A stretch of 64,000 nt of DNA from a candidate division FCPU426 bacterium (GTDB lineage: Bacteria; Oederibacteriota; Muellerivitia; Muellerivitales; Muellerivitaceae). Within the stretch, counting starts at the first letter, position 1. Every line of letters starts with the position of its first letter. The stretch lies in the NCBI GenBank assembly GCA_963738405.1, contig CAVTWJ010000002.1:1-64000 (forward strand), in the 5' to 3' direction. Of the stretch, positions 1 through 8,318 are shown in pieces. Made by a program: the position numbers and the translations under genes. The notes beneath the pieces are model-generated. The model saw nothing but the letters and a program-made list of their open reading frames with translations, had not been told where the DNA came from and made no database searches.

Positions 1-347
1 GCGGTCAGGGTAATGCCCGCCACGGCGGTCGGCAGGGCAAAAGGCAGGTCCACCAAGGCGTCTAAGAGGGATTTTCCAGGAAACTTGTAGCGCACCAATA
101 CCCAGGCCACAATCACGCCGAAAACGGAGTTAATCGTGGCTCCGATAAACGAACATCCAAAGGTCAGACGGTAAGAGGCCAAGACCCTTGGGCTGGTCAC
201 GGTCGCCCAAAACTGATCCCAGGTCAGCTGGGTGGTCTTCAATATAAGGGCCCCCAGGGGGATCAAGACGATAAGCCCTAAATATAGAAGGGTCGTGCCC
301 ATGGAAAGGCTGAATCCCGGTAAGACCCCGGTTGATTTAGACCGCAT
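1..347 (-). CDS. cysT: Sulfate ABC transporter permease CysT (5' part; runs off the window)
   Basis: Manual translation from ATG at 347: [31 protein letters not shown]...[31 protein letters not shown], which carries the CysT signature; follows sbp. Confidence 0.93.
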   Translation of the reverse strand, partial: [115 protein letters not shown]

Positions 348-380
348 TTAAAACCCCTTTACCACCCAAAAATCCATTTC

Positions 381-524
381 ACCACCAAGACACCAAGTCA
401 CCAAGAACAGCGGAGATTTCATAGTTAAAAACGAACTTTTTTGTTTTCCTGCCTGTGTTTTAGATTCGGTTCTAAAACCATTTCTTTGCCTTAGCCTAAC
501 TTGGTGCCTTGGTGTCTTGGTGGT
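381..524. mobile_element. MITE-like inverted-repeat element, copy A (CACCAAG heptamer ends)
   Basis: accaccaagacaccaagtcaccaag ... cttggtgccttggtgtcttggtggt with an AT-rich core shared with the copies at 3146 and 27772. Confidence 0.75.
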
Positions 525-541
525 TCAAATTGCCTTTTCTT

Positions 542-1576
542 TTATTTCGGCTGATAAATCTGGTCAAAGACCCCGCCGTCGGCAAAATAGGCCGTTTGGG
601 CCTTTTTCCACCCGCCGAACACCTTGTTCACCGTAAAGAGCTTGATCGCCGGGAACTGGCTTTGGTATTTCGCCTCCACCTTTTTCAAGCGGGGCCGGTA
701 AAAATTACGGGCAATCACTTCCTGGCCCTCGGGGCTATAGAGGTATTTTAAATATTCCTGTGCCACCTTCGTGGTTCCATGCTTTTCGGTGTTTTGGTCC
801 ACCCATGCCACCGAAGGTTCAGCCAATATACTTAAAGAAGGGTAAACAATCTCGAACTTGTCCTTCCCCAGTTGGTTGATCGCCAGGTAGGCCTCGTTCT
901 CCCAGGCGATCAAAACGTCGCCTAGGCCCCTTTCGGCGAAGGTGGTGGTGGAGCCCCTGGCCCCCGAATCAAGTACCGGCACGTTCCCGTAAACCTTGGC
1001 CACGAACTCCCTAGCCTTGTCTTCTGAACCGTATTTTTTCAGGGCCCAGCCCCAAACCGCCAGAAAATTCCACCGTCCGCCTCCCGAAGTCTTGGGGTTG
1101 GGAGTAATAACCGCTACCCCTGGCTTCGCTAGGTCATCCCAGTCTTTAATGGCCTTGGGGTTTCCCTTGCGCACCAGCAAAACAATGGTTGAGGTATAGG
1201 GGGCGCTGTTATCCGGCAGGCGGCTCTGCCAATTTTCAGGCAAGAGCTTGCCCCTGGTCGCGATGGCGTCGATATCGCCCGACAGTCCCAGGGTGGCTAC
1301 GTCGGCTTCCAGACCGTCGATGATGGCTCGGGCCTGTTTTCCCGACCCGCCGTTGGAAAGATCAACGGTCACATCCTGCCCCGTCTTCCCCTTCCAATAG
1401 GCGGCGAAAACCTTGTCGTAATCGGCGTAGAATTCCCTCGTCGGGTCGTAGGAAACATTCAAAATCTTGACCGCCCCGCCCGCCGGAGCCGCCGCCTTGT
1501 CGTCAGCGGAAGCCAAAGACCTTGAAATGAACAGCGCCGCCAAAACCAGCCCCCAAACTTTTAATTGGTTTTTCAT
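542..1576 (-). CDS. sbp: Sulfate/thiosulfate ABC transporter substrate-binding protein
   Basis: [38 protein letters not shown] and DSGARGST motifs; signal peptide. Confidence 0.95.
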   Translation of the reverse strand: MKNQLKVWGLVLAALFISRSLASADDKAAAPAGGAVKILNVSYDPTREFYADYDKVFAAYWKGKTGQDVTVDLSNGGSGKQARAIIDGLEADVATLGLSGDIDAIATRGKLLPENWQSRLPDNSAPYTSTIVLLVRKGNPKAIKDWDDLAKPGVAVITPNPKTSGGGRWNFLAVWGWALKKYGSEDKAREFVAKVYGNVPVLDSGARGSTTTFAERGLGDVLIAWENEAYLAINQLGKDKFEIVYPSLSILAEPSVAWVDQNTEKHGTTKVAQEYLKYLYSPEGQEVIARNFYRPRLKKVEAKYQSQFPAIKLFTVNKVFGGWKKAQTAYFADGGVFDQIYQPK

Positions 1577-1594
1577 TTTCGTTCTCCTTGGTCT

Positions 1595-2905
1595 TTAAAT
1601 CGAAATTTGCGATTGAATCGTGGTGACTTGGTAAGCTTCAACCCCGTCCAGCAAGTGGTCTTCCCAGTTTAGGCTTAACTTCAGGGCGTCTTTATCCTGA
1701 TACCAATCCAGCCCGACGGTGACCGTGTCGAATTCCTGGTCGTATTTTGAGCCTGCCCATTGGTTGAAGTTATATCCGTCCCAACGAACGCCCAGGCGCC
1801 AATTATCGTAGCGGTAGTTGGTCGACAGGTAATAGGCGGTCGGATAGATCTGGCCGGAGGGTATCGTGAAAGACTTAACCGCGGCGGGCAGGGGCGGCAG
1901 GCTCGTGAAGGCCGTCCAACCGCTGTTATTGGCCGAGCTGTTGTCGAGGGTGTTCACGCTTCCCTGGATAAATTCACCCTGAACCTTGAGGCCCTGGTAA
2001 GCCCAGCGGCCTTCCAACCCAAAGTCCCAACGGGGGCCGAAAACTTCCCAACCGTCGTAACCGGATAGGCCTAGAAAGAGGCTCTTGTCATAGGTAAAGC
2101 CCGCTCGGGCCGCCAAATCCTTGTCCACGTTGTTGTCCGCCGTGCTTTGGCCCGAACCCTGGATGACGGAAAGAACATATTCGCCCTGCAAGGGCAGATC
2201 GCCTATGGGTATTCCTGTTCCCGCCAATTGAACGCCGATGTCGCGTTTATTGCCAAAAGCTGTGGCGAGATTGGAGAGGTTGTTGAAATCCTGATCGCCG
2301 CTGGGCCAGCGCCCTTCCAATTCCTGGGCGAATTTATTTTGGCCCAGGATAACGGTGGCGTAGGGGCTGTAGGCCAGCTTCACATAGAAGTCCTTCACCA
2401 GCGAAAAGGGGTTGATGTTTCCCACAATGCTGGTGCCTCCCGAAACCTCACCGGGATAGCTCAAGGCCGTCCCGGACGTGAGGCCAAGACCGGTAAAGCT
2501 GGCCTGCGTCGGGTCGATTTTCAACAGCCAGGTAACCGCTGGGTCGCTTCCAAAGGTGGAACCCAGGGAAATCTCGCCCCGCCTGAAGGAGAAGGCGTCC
2601 CATTGGTTTTTCGACGAGGTGTAATCATTCGCCGATCCGTTGGCAGTCCCGCCTGTAAGGGTGCTTCCCCAACTGTTATGCGTGTACCAGAACTGAACCA
2701 AGGCACCCACCTTGATATTTGAAGACTGGACCGTTTCCAAAGCCTTCAAACGGTTGTTGATCGCTTCCAAGTCCGAAACTGAAATTGCCGCGGGTTCATC
2801 CACCGAATCGGTATCTCCTTTGGATACATCCTTCGCCCCAACCCTAGCGGCTGTTAAAAACAACCCCGCCAGTAATGCCAGCAGATAAGCGAATAGCTTT
2901 TTCAT
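1595..2905 (-). CDS. Outer-membrane porin (phosphate-selective porin O/P-like), probably an anion channel
   Basis: Signal peptide, short coiled coil, beta-strand-rich body, FSFRRGEI, RDIGVQ and DNNVDKDLAAR motifs; directly upstream of sbp. Confidence 0.7.
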   Translation of the reverse strand: MKKLFAYLLALLAGLFLTAARVGAKDVSKGDTDSVDEPAAISVSDLEAINNRLKALETVQSSNIKVGALVQFWYTHNSWGSTLTGGTANGSANDYTSSKNQWDAFSFRRGEISLGSTFGSDPAVTWLLKIDPTQASFTGLGLTSGTALSYPGEVSGGTSIVGNINPFSLVKDFYVKLAYSPYATVILGQNKFAQELEGRWPSGDQDFNNLSNLATAFGNKRDIGVQLAGTGIPIGDLPLQGEYVLSVIQGSGQSTADNNVDKDLAARAGFTYDKSLFLGLSGYDGWEVFGPRWDFGLEGRWAYQGLKVQGEFIQGSVNTLDNSSANNSGWTAFTSLPPLPAAVKSFTIPSGQIYPTAYYLSTNYRYDNWRLGVRWDGYNFNQWAGSKYDQEFDTVTVGLDWYQDKDALKLSLNWEDHLLDGVEAYQVTTIQSQISI

Positions 2906-2967
2906 TTTTAAACCCCTTTTATTTTTAATAACTGGCTTTTTCAGGTGTCCAGTCGCACCCGGGGTCC

Positions 2968-3001
2968 AAAAACCCGGCCCCTCTGCGTGTCGCGGGCCGG
3001 G
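2968..3001 (-). terminator. Intrinsic terminator of riboswitch 1 expression platform
   Basis: Minus strand CCCGGCCC...GGGCCGGG followed by UUUUU, about 60 nt before the porin start. Confidence 0.7.
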
Positions 3002-3024
3002 ATGAATTTGTCTTCATCACAACA

Positions 3025-3106
3025 CCGCTTTAGCTCCCTGTTTGTCCATTCCCACAAATCTGGAAACGAAACCGGCCGGGGCAAGTTGGTCATTAAATCC
3101 CGCCGT
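3025..3106 (-). ncRNA. SAM-II-like riboswitch aptamer, copy 1 (upstream of porin-sbp-cysT)
   Basis: Minus strand ACGGCGGG-AUUUAA-UGA-CCAACUUGC-CCCGGCCG...AAACAGGGA-GCUAAAGCGG: P1, U-rich L1, UUGC/GCUAA and CC/GG pseudoknot pairings as in SAM-II. Confidence 0.72.
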
Positions 3107-3145
3107 CAAACTCAAAAATTTTCACAACCACAACGTCAATTTTTC

Positions 3146-3295
3146 ACCACCAAGACACCAAGTCACCAAGAACAGCAAAGACTTTACATTTCAAAAAACA
3201 ATTCGCTTTTGTTTCCAACCCTATAATTTTGGGGTTCGGTCCTAAACCCATTTTCTTTGCCTTGGTCTTACTCGGTGCCTTGGTGTCTTGGTGGT
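3146..3295. mobile_element. MITE-like element, copy B
   Basis: accaccaagacaccaagtcaccaagaacagc ... ctcggtgccttggtgtcttggtggt; core similar to copy A. Confidence 0.75.
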
Positions 3296-3319
3296 AAACC
3301 TTTCTTCGTTTTTCCTTTC

Positions 3320-3958
3320 TTATTTGTTGGGCTGGGGCGTCAGGCGAAGGTAAGGCTTCACCACCTTGTAACCCTTCGGGAAACGCTTCTTCAGTTCTTC
3401 CTCGTCCTTCAAGGCTGGAACAATCACCACATCGTCCCCCTGCTTCCAATTCACCGGGGTGGCCACCTTGTAGTTGTCGGTCAGTTGGAGCGAGTCAATC
3501 ACCCGCAAAATCTCGTCGAAATTGCGGCCCGTGCTGGCCGGGTAGGTAATCGTGGCGCGGATTTTTTTATCGCCGTCGATGATGAAAACCGACCGCACCG
3601 TTGCGTTGGCCAGTGAATTGGGGTGGATCAGGTCGTACAACAGCGAAACCTTGTGGTCGTAATCCGCCAGAATGGGAAAATTAACCTGGGTGTTCTGGGT
3701 TTCGTTGATTTCCGGTATCCACCCCTTGTGGTTTTCCACCGAATCCACCGAAAGGGCGATGGCCTTCACGCCCCTCTTTTCAAATTCACCCTTCAATTTG
3801 GAAGTGGCCCCCAATTCAGTGGTGCAAACCGGGGTAAAATCCGCCGGGTGCGAAAAAAACACCACCCAGCTTTTACCCGCCCACTCATGAAAGTGAATCT
3901 TCCCTTCGCTTGAATCCTGCTCAAAATCCGGCGCGACGTCTCCTAATCGTAGTGACAT
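3320..3958 (-). CDS. 1-Cys peroxiredoxin (Prx6/LsfA type)
   Basis: FSHPADFTPVCTTE, YPASTGRNFDE and ATPVNWK motifs; start reassigned to MSLRLGD at 3958, which follows a GGGAGG RBS. Confidence 0.93.
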   Translation of the reverse strand: MSLRLGDVAPDFEQDSSEGKIHFHEWAGKSWVVFFSHPADFTPVCTTELGATSKLKGEFEKRGVKAIALSVDSVENHKGWIPEINETQNTQVNFPILADYDHKVSLLYDLIHPNSLANATVRSVFIIDGDKKIRATITYPASTGRNFDEILRVIDSLQLTDNYKVATPVNWKQGDDVVIVPALKDEEELKKRFPKGYKVVKPYLRLTPQPNK

Positions 3959-3996
3959 GACCTGCCTCCCCATTTTTAGATACGGCCCCGTAAAAC

Positions 3997-4033
3997 AAAA
4001 AACCCGAGTCCGCTTTTTTGGCGGCTCGGGTTT
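3997..4033 (-). terminator. Intrinsic terminator of riboswitch 2 expression platform
   Basis: Minus strand CCCGAGCCGC-CAAAAAA-GCGGACUCGGG-UUUUUU. Confidence 0.8.
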
Positions 4034-4054
4034 CCGGATGATGGAAATCATTTG

Positions 4055-4200
4055 CCGCTTTAGCCCCCAGTTCAGCCGACCTCCAGAAAAAAACCTAGAG
4101 AGCCAACACGGCCGGGGCAAGTTGGTCAAAAACCCTTTATTTCTAAGCGTTTTTGAAGGTTTCCCTTGTTCAGGAAAACCACCAGTTAAAGCCTCGCCGT
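4055..4200 (-). ncRNA. SAM-II-like riboswitch aptamer, copy 2, with long hairpin insertions in L1 and L3
   Basis: Minus strand ACGGCGAGG-CUUUAA-[~60 nt, two hairpins]-CCAACUUGC-CCCGGCCGU...GAACUGGGG-GCUAAAGCGG. Confidence 0.68.
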
Positions 4201-4222
4201 TACGACAAAAAACTAAATTTTC

Positions 4223-4326
4223 ACCACCAAGTCACAAAGACACCAAGAAAAGCAGAGGATATAGCTTCCGTTTTAACCCCATTTTCTTTGCCTTGGCCTT
4301 ACTTGGTGCCTTGGTGTCTTGGTGGT
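4223..4326. mobile_element. MITE-like element, copy C (shorter core), between the tandem riboswitches
   Basis: accaccaagtcacaaagacaccaag ... cttggtgccttggtgtcttggtggt. Confidence 0.72.
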
Positions 4327-4343
4327 TAATTGGGCTTTTAAAT

Positions 4344-4377
4344 AAAAAAACCCGGTCCACTTTTGGCGGATCGGGTT
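4344..4377 (-). terminator. Intrinsic terminator of riboswitch 3 expression platform
   Basis: Minus strand CCCGAUCCGC-CAAAA-GUGGACCGGG-UUUUUUU. Confidence 0.8.
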
Positions 4378-4402
4378 TAGGGAGTTCTTCCTAAATCTTC
4401 TA

Positions 4403-4470
4403 CCGCTTTAGCCCCCTGTTCTTTCCTTTCGGAAAACGCCGGGGCAAGTTGGACCTTAAAGCCTCGCGTT
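4403..4470 (-). ncRNA. SAM-II-like riboswitch aptamer, copy 3 (most compact)
   Basis: Minus strand AACGCGAGG-CUUUAA-GGU-CCAACUUGC-CCCGGCGUU-UUCCGAAAGGAA-AGAACAGGGG-GCUAAAGCGG. Confidence 0.75.
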
Positions 4471-4480
4471 GATATTTTGA

Positions 4481-4509
4481 AGGTTACCGGGGGTCCAGAT
4501 TATTGTCAA
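4481..4509 (-). promoter_or_regulatory. Sigma70-type promoter for the riboswitch-prx unit
   Basis: TTGACA-N17-TAACCT, ending about 10 nt upstream of aptamer 3. Confidence 0.65.
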
Positions 4510-4599
4510 GAGGGTGGAAACAATTCTCCTAATAAACCATCGAAATCTGAATGTCCGCGAACAACACTTTCCGCACACAGAAACGAGAATTCAGAGTCG

Positions 4600-5976
4600 T
4601 TAATTGGATTTTTTATTTTTCAAATCAATAAACACTGACAGAGGCACCGTCTTACGGAATTTCGCTCGATCACCGCTTGTATTTATAAGGTCCATAACCG
4701 ATTTAAGCGCAAATCCGCCAACAGGTATTTCCCAACCAATTGCACCACTAACTATAGGTGTCCCGAGAAGTGTTGCAAACATGCCGCCCTGAAAACTTTT
4801 CAACAATTCCATATCAATTTGTTTCCACTCCTCCTCAGCAACTTTGAATTCTTCTGTTAGGTTCTCTTTGAACTCATTGATAACTTTTTCTTTTACAGTT
4901 TTTTCAGAATCATTTTCTATTTCTCTCCAAACTTTCCTGAGAAAATTTCTCAAGGATTGCAACCGACCCGCAGATCGTATTTCAGAGGCGAATTTCGGAT
5001 CGACATTATCCAAGAACTTAAACTCCAAATCTTGAAACGACTTGGTTAACGGACTCCACACCTCGCTTTCCGTCCCCGCCGTCTGTTTTGACATCAATAT
5101 TTGATTCCAAGACATGTTTGAACTCGTAAAAAGATATGAACCTGTCAGCTGCGAGATATAAAAACAAGTTTCTAAATTCCCGCCTCCATGAATATGCAAA
5201 AATTGATTAGTGGGCTTCTCTTCAATCAATAAGGGGTCAGATTTATGATGTTGCCGAAGAACTTGAATAAATTTACGCGTTTTCTCATCGTCTGGCGCGT
5301 CTGGAAAAAACACCCTTAACTGATCAAGTGTCATTTCTTCTGGGACACTAGCAATTATTCTTCCAACCATTTCCTGAAACTCATTTTTAAGGTCACCATC
5401 GATGTCCTTCGGTTCTAATTTCGACATGGCATCCATTCTTTTTTGTGCCAAATTTGCCATTGTTTCTCGGAGGTTTGGTTCAAAATCAACAGGGCTTGGG
5501 ATCATCCTCACAACGCCACTTCTAATAAATGGATCAATTTGAATCATTAAATAAATCAAACGCAATAAGTTTTCTTTGTGCATTTCCGGATTCACCAAGG
5601 GGTTATATTCTTCTTTAACCCGCCATGGATTCATAAACGGATCAACGAGTAAAATTTCATCTGTGTAAAGTGAGTATCGGAGGATATTTTTTAATATGGT
5701 TTTGGGATTCTGGATACCCATATACAACCCGCGCAATTTCCCATCCGGCTTAGGATAAATTGTAGATAGTTCAGTATCGGGCGGCCAAAGAAACTTAATA
5801 GTTTCAAAAATTTCAATTATTTGTTCTTTAGAAAATCCTTTTTTGAATTGGTCCCATGTCTTTCCTTTTTTGAAACCACATGTTTCCCATAACATTTCCA
5901 GAAAAAATATATTTCGATTTAAAATAGGGGCATCTTTTTCGATTAGTGTGTATGGCGACCTTTCAGGTTCCTTCAT
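4600..5976 (-). CDS. Hypothetical protein, AT-rich (458 aa)
   Basis: Long ORF, visibly lower GC than its flanks; the LWPPDT...LRGLY...YSLYTDEILLVDPF pattern recalls an uncharacterised domain I associate with DUF4238/SEC-C fusions (unverified). Confidence 0.75.
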   Translation of the reverse strand: MKEPERSPYTLIEKDAPILNRNIFFLEMLWETCGFKKGKTWDQFKKGFSKEQIIEIFETIKFLWPPDTELSTIYPKPDGKLRGLYMGIQNPKTILKNILRYSLYTDEILLVDPFMNPWRVKEEYNPLVNPEMHKENLLRLIYLMIQIDPFIRSGVVRMIPSPVDFEPNLRETMANLAQKRMDAMSKLEPKDIDGDLKNEFQEMVGRIIASVPEEMTLDQLRVFFPDAPDDEKTRKFIQVLRQHHKSDPLLIEEKPTNQFLHIHGGGNLETCFYISQLTGSYLFTSSNMSWNQILMSKQTAGTESEVWSPLTKSFQDLEFKFLDNVDPKFASEIRSAGRLQSLRNFLRKVWREIENDSEKTVKEKVINEFKENLTEEFKVAEEEWKQIDMELLKSFQGGMFATLLGTPIVSGAIGWEIPVGGFALKSVMDLINTSGDRAKFRKTVPLSVFIDLKNKKSN

Positions 5977-6197
5977 AACACATCCTTTAAAGTTCAGGCC
6001 ATTCCATTACCAATTTAAAATTTTTAAACGTAACGGGCCATGTTTATCTAATAAATCCAGAACAAAATTCGTTGCACGAAACCCATAAATTCTACTTCCT
6101 AAAGGAGCCGGACCAACATTCAACACTTTTTTGTCCCTCGTCCCGACCCAACCGGGGTTTCCCGTCGGTGCCAACACTCCTAACGACTTCCTTACCC

Positions 6198-6269
6198 TCA
6201 AACCCTCTTTGTCCGCCAGGTCGCTTTGGGAGGGTCACCCAGGATAAATTCCCCCTTCACCAGCCAGGA
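6198..6269 (-). repeat. Diverged copy of the 3' end of gene 21795..22484
   Basis: Translates SWLVKGEFILGDPPKATWRTKRV*, versus SWLVKGEFILADPPKTTGRTRRG* at 21795-21866. Confidence 0.85.
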
Positions 6270-6284
6270 AAACCGCAAGTGCCC

Positions 6285-8036
6285 CTACGGCGAAGTCGCG
6301 ACCTTCCCATTACCTTGAGACAACACCACAAACTCCCCATTTCCAAAGGTCACGAAAGACCATTGGGCTTTGCTGGGAAGACTTTGGAGCGTCCAAGTCA
6401 TTCCATCCGGTGAAGTGGCTGCGGTTGTGCTATTACCAGCCAACACAATCGCCACGAATTCCCCATTCCCGTAGGCCATTGAATTCCAGTCATTGCTATT
6501 GGGCAGTGTGCTCGCCGTCCATTCAACCCCGTCCGGCGAGGTCGCTGCCGCCGCGCTATTATTCCCAGAAATCACCACAAATACTCCGTTTCCATAACAT
6601 ACCGATCCCCAATACTGTGAACTGGGAAGGGTTCGGGCTGTCCAAGTGATCCCGTCGGGTGAGGTCGCTGCCGCCGCGCTGGGTCCCGCCACAACCGCCA
6701 CAAATTCCCCGTTTCCATAAGACACTGATCCCCAATACTGTGAACTGGGGAGGGACCGGGCCGTCCAAGTGATCCCATCCGATGAAGTCGCTGCCACCGC
6801 ACCAGAACCATCTGAACCATAGCCCACCGCCACAAATATCCCATTCCCAAAGGTCACGGAAACCCAGTCCTGTGAGACGGGGAGGGAGCAAGCCGTCCAA
6901 GTGACCCCATCGGGCGAGGCCGCTGCCGCCGAGTTTCCACTAGCAACCGCCACAAATTCCCCGTTCCCGTAAGTCACGGAAGTCCAGAACTGTGAACTGG
7001 GGAGGTTTTGAAGCGTCCAGGCGATCCCATCCGGCGAGGTCATCGCCACCGTACTGCGAGACACCCCCGAGACCGCCACAAATTCCGCATCCCCGTAAGT
7101 CGCGGAAGTCCAGAACTGTGAACCAGGAAGGGTATGAGCTGTCCAGGACGATCCCGGCACCAGGGTGGGGCTTGTGGTTGGCGTTTGGCTCGGGTTCGGC
7201 GACATGGTCGACGTCGGTGTGTCGCTGGATGCCGTTTCAGTCATCGTGGGACTCAGGGTTGCGGTCAAAGTATACGTTGGCTCGGATGTGGAAGTATCCA
7301 TAGGGGTTGGAGTAGAGGTCGGAACCGGAGACGCTGTGGATGTGGGCTCCGGTGTACCGCCCGGAAGAACAAAAGTCGTTGGTTGACCCAGCGGGGTTAA
7401 CCCGCCTTGATACCATAATTCCGTACTGTGGATGAAAGTCTGTCCGGCGTTATTGGACCAATCGACATTTTCATAAGCCGCCAAGAGCGTCACGCAGCCG
7501 CTTGCCATGCCCGCCAGGGTGAAGACCCCTCCATTCCCGCCCGGAGCGCTGGCATAAGGATGGCTTGGATCAAACCCCGTGTTATGGATATAGGGGAATA
7601 CCCCGTTCCAACCCCACCCCTCAAACTGAAATGCGGTTCCGGTCATACTGTCCGAAAGGGTCACTGCCGTCCCCAAAGGGGCGGCATCGTTGCAAATCAC
7701 GATGGCATAGGTGACAGGAAAGCTGTTATCCACCTCGGTGATCCCTCCCCCATCCACCGCTTCCGCCATGCGGATACCGGCCGTGGGAATAACGGTCGGG
7801 GTAACCACACTGGTTTGGCTTGGTGTAGCAGGCGTTGGGGAGTTCGTAGCCGGTGGAGTGGTATCGTGGGTCGGGCTTTGCGTGACCGGAATATAAGTGT
7901 TCGTGACGGTCGGGGTGATCGTGGGGGACGATGAGGGGTTGCTGGGCGGGGCCGTGGGATTATCGTTTTTGTTGCCGCAGGAAAAAAAGAACGCCATCAT
8001 GGAAAACAGGAAGAAGGAAAGTACAAAACGAACCAT
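6285..8036 (-). CDS. Lipoprotein with Pro/Thr/Ser linkers and a C-terminal repeat (probable beta-propeller) domain
   Basis: Lipobox-like FFSC; about 6-7 repeats of ~43 aa (W.SV.YGNG.FVAV...AAAxSPDG.TW); start placed at MVRFVL. Confidence 0.75.
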   Translation of the reverse strand: MVRFVLSFFLFSMMAFFFSCGNKNDNPTAPPSNPSSSPTITPTVTNTYIPVTQSPTHDTTPPATNSPTPATPSQTSVVTPTVIPTAGIRMAEAVDGGGITEVDNSFPVTYAIVICNDAAPLGTAVTLSDSMTGTAFQFEGWGWNGVFPYIHNTGFDPSHPYASAPGGNGGVFTLAGMASGCVTLLAAYENVDWSNNAGQTFIHSTELWYQGGLTPLGQPTTFVLPGGTPEPTSTASPVPTSTPTPMDTSTSEPTYTLTATLSPTMTETASSDTPTSTMSPNPSQTPTTSPTLVPGSSWTAHTLPGSQFWTSATYGDAEFVAVSGVSRSTVAMTSPDGIAWTLQNLPSSQFWTSVTYGNGEFVAVASGNSAAAASPDGVTWTACSLPVSQDWVSVTFGNGIFVAVGYGSDGSGAVAATSSDGITWTARSLPSSQYWGSVSYGNGEFVAVVAGPSAAAATSPDGITWTARTLPSSQYWGSVCYGNGVFVVISGNNSAAAATSPDGVEWTASTLPNSNDWNSMAYGNGEFVAIVLAGNSTTAATSPDGMTWTLQSLPSKAQWSFVTFGNGEFVVLSQGNGKVATSP

Positions 8037-8234
8037 GGAATTTCGCAAAGGGACCCTCAATGAACCAGAAATGGTTATTGGGTCCAACCGTCGGAACCAA
8101 CCACCGCTCCCCCATGTCCTATTAAACTCTCATTTGAGAGGGTGTCAACGAGCCCAATCAATATCCCATGTCCTAATATTTAAACAGTCACAAGCGTGAA
8201 AAACCTTAAAAATTAACGCGGAAACCTATTAAAC

Positions 8235-8297
8235 TCACTTGGTACGCCATGTCGTCTTGGGAGGGCCGCCAAGGATAAACTCCCCCTTCACCAGCCA
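8235..8297 (-). repeat. Second diverged copy of the 3' end of gene 21795..22484
   Basis: Translates WLVKGEFILGGPPKTTWRTK*. Confidence 0.85.
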
Positions 8298-8318
8298 TTA
8301 TCCCCCTCAGAAAATTCT

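Noticed and set aside
3959..4129. 57-aa N-terminal extension of the peroxiredoxin
   Set aside because: It runs through the riboswitch and terminator; the RBS and family start point to 3958
381..4326. CACCAAG repeats as a CRISPR array
   Set aside because: They are inverted pairs of tandem heptamers at dispersed sites, not regularly spaced direct repeats with unique spacers; no cas genes seen
3025..4470. Leaders as T-box, SAM-I or Cys leader-peptide attenuators
   Set aside because: No T-box GGUGGNACC sequence, no SAM-I AUCNAGAG/GCAACC core and no Cys-rich leader ORF; the SAM-II pseudoknot pattern fits better
6007..6201. 64-aa ORF as a SEC-C domain or leader of the AT-rich gene
   Set aside because: No CPCGS motif and no convincing RBS
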